DNA of 64,000 nucleotides from Erysipelotrichaceae bacterium (GTDB lineage Bacteria; Bacillota_I; Bacilli_A; RFN20; CAG-826): NCBI GenBank assembly GCA_015059185.1, contig SVAY01000001.1, positions 3,252 to 67,251 of the forward strand, read 5' to 3'. Shown piece by piece: positions 58,966 to 64,000 of this stretch (position 1 is its first letter; each line of letters starts with the position of its first letter). The notes under the pieces were generated by a model. It saw only the letters and a program-made list of their open reading frames with translations, ran no database searches and was not told where the DNA came from. The position numbers and the translations under genes were made by a program.

Positions 58966-59268
58966 TTAATCCTCAACTTTCTTAATGCTAATGATTTCGG
59001 CATCTTTGCCTGTTTCCTTGTGGAAATCGATGACGGCTACTAATGCAGCGACAGCAGCATCAGGGTCTTCATCTAATATTTCATTTTCTTTTTTAGGAAG
59101 AATTTTGGTTCTTGCTTCAACAGCCTCCATCCCTTTTTGAATACCTGAAGTTACTAAGATGATAATAGTAAGAACAAGGAAGACTAAAAGGATAGCGACA
59201 AGCGCGACAATTAATGAGTCGAGTACGCTGAAGTTAGTAATATCTCCCCAAACACCAAATACTTGCAT
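58966..59268 (-). CDS. OadG-like small membrane subunit of the Na+-pumping decarboxylase
   Basis: 100 aa. Single TM helix plus Ala-rich segment, as in OadG/MmdD. Confidence 0.55.
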   Translation of the reverse strand: MQVFGVWGDITNFSVLDSLIVALVAILLVFLVLTIIILVTSGIQKGMEAVEARTKILPKKENEILDEDPDAAVAALVAVIDFHKETGKDAEIISIKKVED

Positions 59269-59269
59269 A

Positions 59270-60640
59270 TTACGCCTTGACCTTTATCTTGGTAGGAATA
59301 GCGTCAGCATTCCTTTGGTTTAAGAACTTTAAAGCGACATCGCCAAATAATGCGATACTAAGGACGTCTTCATCAGATTTAGCGACACCCTTATATTCTT
59401 TCTTTAAAGCTTCAAATTCTGGTTTTAAATCATCAGCAGGACGATAAGTGATGACTTTGTCGTCACCAATAATCTTATGTCTAATTTCTTCATCTACTGG
59501 TGCTGGAGCTTGTCCATATTTACCATGTAGATATTCGTTAATTTCTTTTGGTACCATCTTGTATCTCTCACCACTGATGACATTCATCACGGCTTGAGTA
59601 CCGACCATTTGAGACAATGGAGTAACAAGTGGTGGATAACCCATATCTTTACGAACGTTTGGAACTTCGTTAAGGACTTCATCGAGTCTATCGGATGCAC
59701 CTTGAGATTTGAGTTGGTTAATTAAGTTAGATAACATACCACCTGGAACTTGGTATTTAAGAATGTTTGGATTAACAGAAAGCACTTTTGGATTGAGCAA
59801 TCCGTTATCTAAGTATTTTTGTTTGACCTTCATCATCTTAGCGCTTGCTTCGTTAAGGTACTTCACATTGAGTTTTGGATCATATTTTGTACCTGCTAAG
59901 GCAGCGTTAAGAGATTCGGTACATGGTTGAGAGGTACCTCCACTTAATGGAGAGAGAGCACAGTCAACAATATCAACACCCGCTTGGATAGCGCGCAAAT
60001 AGGTCATTTCACATAATCCACCAGTGCAGTGGCTGTGTAATTCGATTGGAAGCTTAGTGTTCTTTTTAAGTTCACTGATTAATGTATAAGCATCTTCAGG
60101 AAGGAGAACACCCGCCATATCTTTGATACAGATAGAATCTGCACCTAAGGCTTCAATCTTTTTGGCGAGTTCAACGTAGTAAGCAACTGTATGCACAGGA
60201 GAAGTGGTGTAGCTTAATGCGATTTGGCATTCGCCACCATATTTCTTAGTTGCTTTAACAGCGGCTTCTAAGTTTCTTAAATCATTTAACGCATCAAAGA
60301 TACGAATGATATCAATACCATTTTTAATAGATTTTTCGACAAATTTTTCAACAACATCGTCGGCATAGTGTCTATAACCTAAGATGTTTTGTCCACGGAA
60401 GAGCATTTGTAATTTGGTATTCTTACAAACCTTTCTAATCTTTCTAAGTCTTTCCCATGGATCTTCGTTTAAGAATCTTAAACAAGCATCGAAAGTGGCA
60501 CCTCCCCACACTTCTAGAGCGTGGTAGCCAACTTGATCGAGCTCTTTTAAGGCTAATAGAACTTCATCAGTCGTCATTCTTGTGGCGAATAACGATTGGT
60601 GTCCATCTCTTAAACAAGTGTCAACAATTTTAACACCCAT
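59270..60640 (-). CDS. oadA: Oxaloacetate decarboxylase alpha-type carboxyltransferase subunit (no fused biotin domain)
   Basis: 456 aa. MGVKIVDTCLRDGHQS TIM-barrel carboxyltransferase N-terminus. Metal-binding HSHCTGG. Confidence 0.85.
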   Translation of the reverse strand: MGVKIVDTCLRDGHQSLFATRMTTDEVLLALKELDQVGYHALEVWGGATFDACLRFLNEDPWERLRKIRKVCKNTKLQMLFRGQNILGYRHYADDVVEKFVEKSIKNGIDIIRIFDALNDLRNLEAAVKATKKYGGECQIALSYTTSPVHTVAYYVELAKKIEALGADSICIKDMAGVLLPEDAYTLISELKKNTKLPIELHSHCTGGLCEMTYLRAIQAGVDIVDCALSPLSGGTSQPCTESLNAALAGTKYDPKLNVKYLNEASAKMMKVKQKYLDNGLLNPKVLSVNPNILKYQVPGGMLSNLINQLKSQGASDRLDEVLNEVPNVRKDMGYPPLVTPLSQMVGTQAVMNVISGERYKMVPKEINEYLHGKYGQAPAPVDEEIRHKIIGDDKVITYRPADDLKPEFEALKKEYKGVAKSDEDVLSIALFGDVALKFLNQRNADAIPTKIKVKA

Positions 60641-60651
60641 ATTTATTTACC

Positions 60652-62259
60652 TTATTCAGCTTTTGGGCCGGCAGCGACTAAAGCTTTACCAGCTGGGTTA
60701 GTTTCGTATTTCTTGAAGTTCTTAACGAATCTAGAAGCTAAATCAGCAGCCTTACGATCCCATTCGGATTTGTCACCATAGGTGTCTCTTGGATCTAAGA
60801 TGGCTGGATCAACACCTGGAAGAGCAGTTGGGACTTCAAAGTCAAAGACTGGAATCTTCTTGGTTGGCGCTTTTAAGATGGAACCATCTAAGATAGCGTC
60901 GATAATACCACGGGTATCTTTGATGGAAATACGTTTACCTGTACCATTCCAACCGGTGTTCACTAAGTAAGCTTTTGCTCCACTTAATTTCATCTTCTTG
61001 ACGAGTTCTTCAGCATATTTAGTTGGATGTAATTCAAGGAATGCTTGTCCAAAGCAGGCTGAGAAGGTTGGGGTTGGTTCTGTGATACCTCTTTCGGTAC
61101 CAGCGAGTTTAGCGGTGAATCCGCTTAAGAAATAATATTGAGTTTGTTCTGGAGTTAAGATGGAGACTGGTGGGAGAACACCGAAGGCATCAGCACTTAA
61201 GAAGATAACGTTCTTAGCGTGTGGGCCATGACTGATTGGTTTAACAATCTTTTCGATGTGGTTGATTGGGTAGCTAACACGGGTGTTTTCAGTCACACTC
61301 TTATCAGCAAAGTTAATCTTACCAGCTGCATCAACAGTGACGTTTTCAAGTAAAGCGTCTCTACGGATAGCGTTATAAATATCTGGTTCACTATCTTTAT
61401 CAAGGTTGATAACTTTAGCGTAGCAACCACCTTCGAGGTTGAAGACGCCGTTATCATCCCATCCGTGTTCATCATCACCGATTAATAATCTCTTTGGATC
61501 AGTAGAAAGGGTGGTTTTACCTGTTCCACTTAAACCGAAGAAGATGGCGGTATCCTTACCTTCCAAATTGGTGTTAGCGGAGCAGTGCATGCTAGCCATA
61601 CCTTTAAGTGGTAAGAAGTAGTTCATCATGGAGAACATACCTTTCTTCATTTCACCACCATACCAAGTATTTAAGATAACTTGTTCTTTAGATGTGATGT
61701 TGAAGGCAACACAGGTTTCACTATTTAAACCGAGTTCTTTGTAGTTTTCAACTTTTGCTTTAGAAGCACAGTAGACAACAAAGTCTGGTTCGAAGTTTGC
61801 TTCTTCTTCGCTAGTTGGTTTAATGAACATATTTCTAACGAAGTGGGCTTGCCAAGCGACTTCCATGACGAATCTCACTGCCATTCTGGTGTCTTTATTA
61901 GCACCACAGTAAGCATCAACAACGAATAAACGCTTGTTGCTTAATTCTTTTTGGGCAAGTTCTTTAACAACTTTCCAAGTTTCTTGACTCATTGGGTGGT
62001 TGTCGTTCTTATATTCTTCACTTGTCCACCACACTGTGTCCTTACTATTTTCATCAACAACGATGAATTTATCTTTTGGGGATCTACCGGTATAGATACC
62101 AGTCATAACATTGACTGCACCTAATTCGGTAACTTGTCCCTTTTCATAACCGTCTAAGTCTTTTCTTGTTTCTTCTTGAAATAAGAGATCATAAGATGGG
62201 TTATAAATGATTTCTTTTGTTCCGCAAATACCATATTTGCTTAAATCAATTTTTGCCAT
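60652..62259 (-). CDS. pckA: Phosphoenolpyruvate carboxykinase (ATP)
   Basis: 535 aa. Kinase-1a GLSGTGKTT. Overall PckA architecture. Confidence 0.95.
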   Translation of the reverse strand: MAKIDLSKYGICGTKEIIYNPSYDLLFQEETRKDLDGYEKGQVTELGAVNVMTGIYTGRSPKDKFIVVDENSKDTVWWTSEEYKNDNHPMSQETWKVVKELAQKELSNKRLFVVDAYCGANKDTRMAVRFVMEVAWQAHFVRNMFIKPTSEEEANFEPDFVVYCASKAKVENYKELGLNSETCVAFNITSKEQVILNTWYGGEMKKGMFSMMNYFLPLKGMASMHCSANTNLEGKDTAIFFGLSGTGKTTLSTDPKRLLIGDDEHGWDDNGVFNLEGGCYAKVINLDKDSEPDIYNAIRRDALLENVTVDAAGKINFADKSVTENTRVSYPINHIEKIVKPISHGPHAKNVIFLSADAFGVLPPVSILTPEQTQYYFLSGFTAKLAGTERGITEPTPTFSACFGQAFLELHPTKYAEELVKKMKLSGAKAYLVNTGWNGTGKRISIKDTRGIIDAILDGSILKAPTKKIPVFDFEVPTALPGVDPAILDPRDTYGDKSEWDRKAADLASRFVKNFKKYETNPAGKALVAAGPKAE

Positions 62260-62329
62260 AGATTTAACTCCTTCTATCTATCTTGTGGGCAACTTTGGCC
62301 CAAAGTCTTCTCCATTTTAACACCTTTTT

Positions 62330-62344
62330 ATTGATATTATCAAT
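62330..62344. promoter_or_regulatory. Perfect 15-bp palindrome ATTGATATTATCAAT upstream of pckA (candidate operator)
   Basis: 7-1-7 inverted repeat about 70 nt upstream of the pckA start, in the divergent pckA/glycerate-kinase intergenic region. Confidence 0.35.
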
Positions 62345-62474
62345 ACTATTAAGGAACACATTTCGGTACATTGCTTAGTTTTTGCTTTCTTTGGGTTTGG
62401 GTGTTACAAAACCATAGGACATGTATTTTTCGAAAACTTTGTATTTAATTACGCTTAATGATATATAAAAATTA

Positions 62475-63584
62475 ATGAATGTTTTAATCGCTATCGATTC
62501 ATTTAAAGGCACCCTGTCTTCTATAGAAGGGTCTAATATAATCAAACAAGCTATCGTTGATAGTGGTTTTCAAGGTGAGGTGATTGTTGCCCCTCAAGCT
62601 GATGGGGGAGAAGGAAGCTTAGATATAGTGAAATCCGTATTGGGTGGAGATTATATTGATGTAGAAGTGATGGGACCTTGTCTCACCAATATCAAAACAC
62701 ATTATTTGATGGTGGGTGATAAAGCCTATATAGAGTCCGCTTTAGTGCTTGGATATATGCTGAACGATGGATTAACTATTCTTAATCGTACAAGTGAAGG
62801 TTTAGGAATGGTGATCAAAGACGCGATTATTCATGGGACAAGTGAGATAAACATATTCCTTGGGGGATCATGCACAAACGATGCTGGATTAGGGATGTTA
62901 TACGCTCTAGGGGCGAAGTTTTATGATGAAGATAATAAGCCTCTATATCCACTTCCAGAAATATATAATTCCATCAGTCGAATAGATATAGAAGGATTAT
63001 ATTTATATAAAGATATTAAGATTAATGCGATTGTTGATGTGAACAATCCTTTTACTGGTCCAAACGGAGCAAGCAAAACATTTGCTAAACAAAAAGGTGC
63101 GACAAACGAGGAGATAAATATATTAGAAGAAGGGTTTGCTCATCTAGTTGATGTTGTTAAAAAACAATTTAAAAAAGATATAGGAAATAAAACGGGTTAT
63201 GGAGCAGCGGGTGGTATCAGTATGGCTCTTAACCACTTCTTAAAAGCCCCACTTATAAAGGGAAGCGAATATTTTATAGAGTTCACTAACCTTAATAATA
63301 TTATTATAGAGGTAGATTTTGTTATAACCGGAGAAGGGAAATTAGATAAAACATCGTTTGGTGGTAAGGTTGTTTCTTCAATCATTGATTTAGCAAAAAA
63401 GAATAATAAAGAAGTAGTGTTAATTGTAGGTAAATCTGACTTATCAAGTGAAGAATGCACTAGATTGGGTATTAATCACTTGATAGTGGTTAACCAAGAA
63501 GAAAAAGATATAAGCGTCTTAAAGAAAACAGCAAAAAAAGATTTGTATAACAAATCGTTAATATATTTTAAGGATTTTTTATAA
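62475..63584 (+). CDS. Glycerate kinase (GlxK/GarK family)
   Basis: 369 aa. N-terminal IAIDSFKGTLSS...APQADGGEG, characteristic of the glycerate kinase I family. Confidence 0.85.
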   Translation: MNVLIAIDSFKGTLSSIEGSNIIKQAIVDSGFQGEVIVAPQADGGEGSLDIVKSVLGGDYIDVEVMGPCLTNIKTHYLMVGDKAYIESALVLGYMLNDGLTILNRTSEGLGMVIKDAIIHGTSEINIFLGGSCTNDAGLGMLYALGAKFYDEDNKPLYPLPEIYNSISRIDIEGLYLYKDIKINAIVDVNNPFTGPNGASKTFAKQKGATNEEINILEEGFAHLVDVVKKQFKKDIGNKTGYGAAGGISMALNHFLKAPLIKGSEYFIEFTNLNNIIIEVDFVITGEGKLDKTSFGGKVVSSIIDLAKKNNKEVVLIVGKSDLSSEECTRLGINHLIVVNQEEKDISVLKKTAKKDLYNKSLIYFKDFL

Positions 63585-63661
63585 AGAATTATAAATAATT
63601 GAAGATGAGTTTTTTGTTGTTTTCTTTTATTCACGAATAAAAATTGTTATCATATTGACGT

Positions 63662-64000
63662 ATGCCACTTATTGTAGAAAATATTGTAAGTTTACTTGTT
63701 GGTGTAGCGTTATTTATCGCTGGAATGAGCATCATGTCTAGTGGTCTTAAAAAGGTCGCTGGCAAGAGCATGAAGAAGCTCTTTAACAAAATTGGCAATA
63801 ACCGTTTTGCTTCTTTAGGTATTGGCGCGACCGTTACCGCTTTAATTCAATCTAGTGGAGCCACCTCTGTTATGGCGGTTGGTTTTATTAACGCTGGCGT
63901 AATGACCATCTTCCAAGGCTTATGTATTATTCTTGGTGCATATTTAGGAACCACCATTACTGGCTTACTCGTTTCTTTATCAAGCACATCTATTTCCGTA
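63662..64000 (+). CDS. Na+/phosphate cotransporter family protein (partial, runs off window end)
   Basis: ATG 63662. MPLIVENIVSLLVGVALFIAGMSIMSSGLKK... matches the N-terminal repeat of NptA-type Na/Pi cotransporters. Confidence 0.7.
   Translation, partial: MPLIVENIVSLLVGVALFIAGMSIMSSGLKKVAGKSMKKLFNKIGNNRFASLGIGATVTALIQSSGATSVMAVGFINAGVMTIFQGLCIILGAYLGTTITGLLVSLSSTSISV

Noticed and set aside
62330-62344. FNR box upstream of pckA
   Set aside because: The spacing between TTGAT and ATCAA is 3 nt, not the 4 nt required for FNR/CRP-family sites.

Overview
Low-GC (roughly 30%) Firmicutes/Erysipelotrichia-like chromosomal window centred on the replication origin.

The conserved core is mostly on the minus strand: metG, rpmE, tadA, a small SRP RNA, serS, gyrA, gyrB, recF, yaaA, dnaN and dnaA. 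oriC follows, with DnaA-box clusters on both sides of dnaA. On the plus strand come rpmH, rnpA, yidC, jag, mnmE, tatD, rnmV, rsmA and ispE.

The left end carries:
- an FMN riboswitch with a RibU-like ECF S component;
- a four-gene hfsABCD-like sensory [FeFe]-hydrogenase cluster (NuoE-like protein, PAS-hydrogenase, PP2C phosphatase, hydrogenase-family protein);
- two adjacent HD-GYP proteins, one fused to an APC-type permease;
- an accessory islet of acyltransferases (GNAT, YoaP-type GNAT, HxxxDG acyltransferase) plus a DUF3990-like/XRE-DUF3791-like gene pair;
- an unusual duplicated roughly 195-bp structured element, whose second copy is split by a GC-rich, GGA-rich 180-bp insertion.

The right end carries ppdK, birA, a membrane-anchored MBL-fold protein and a small-protein/tandem-DUF2442-HTH module with a poly-G tract. 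It ends with a pckA plus Na+-pumping oxaloacetate-decarboxylase operon, a glycerate kinase and a partial Na/Pi cotransporter.

No rRNA, tRNA or CRISPR array was seen.

The strongest candidates for something undescribed are the duplicated structured element with its insertion (15.5-16.1 kb), the DUF3990/DUF3791 pair with PARP-like motifs, and the permease-HD-GYP fusion.
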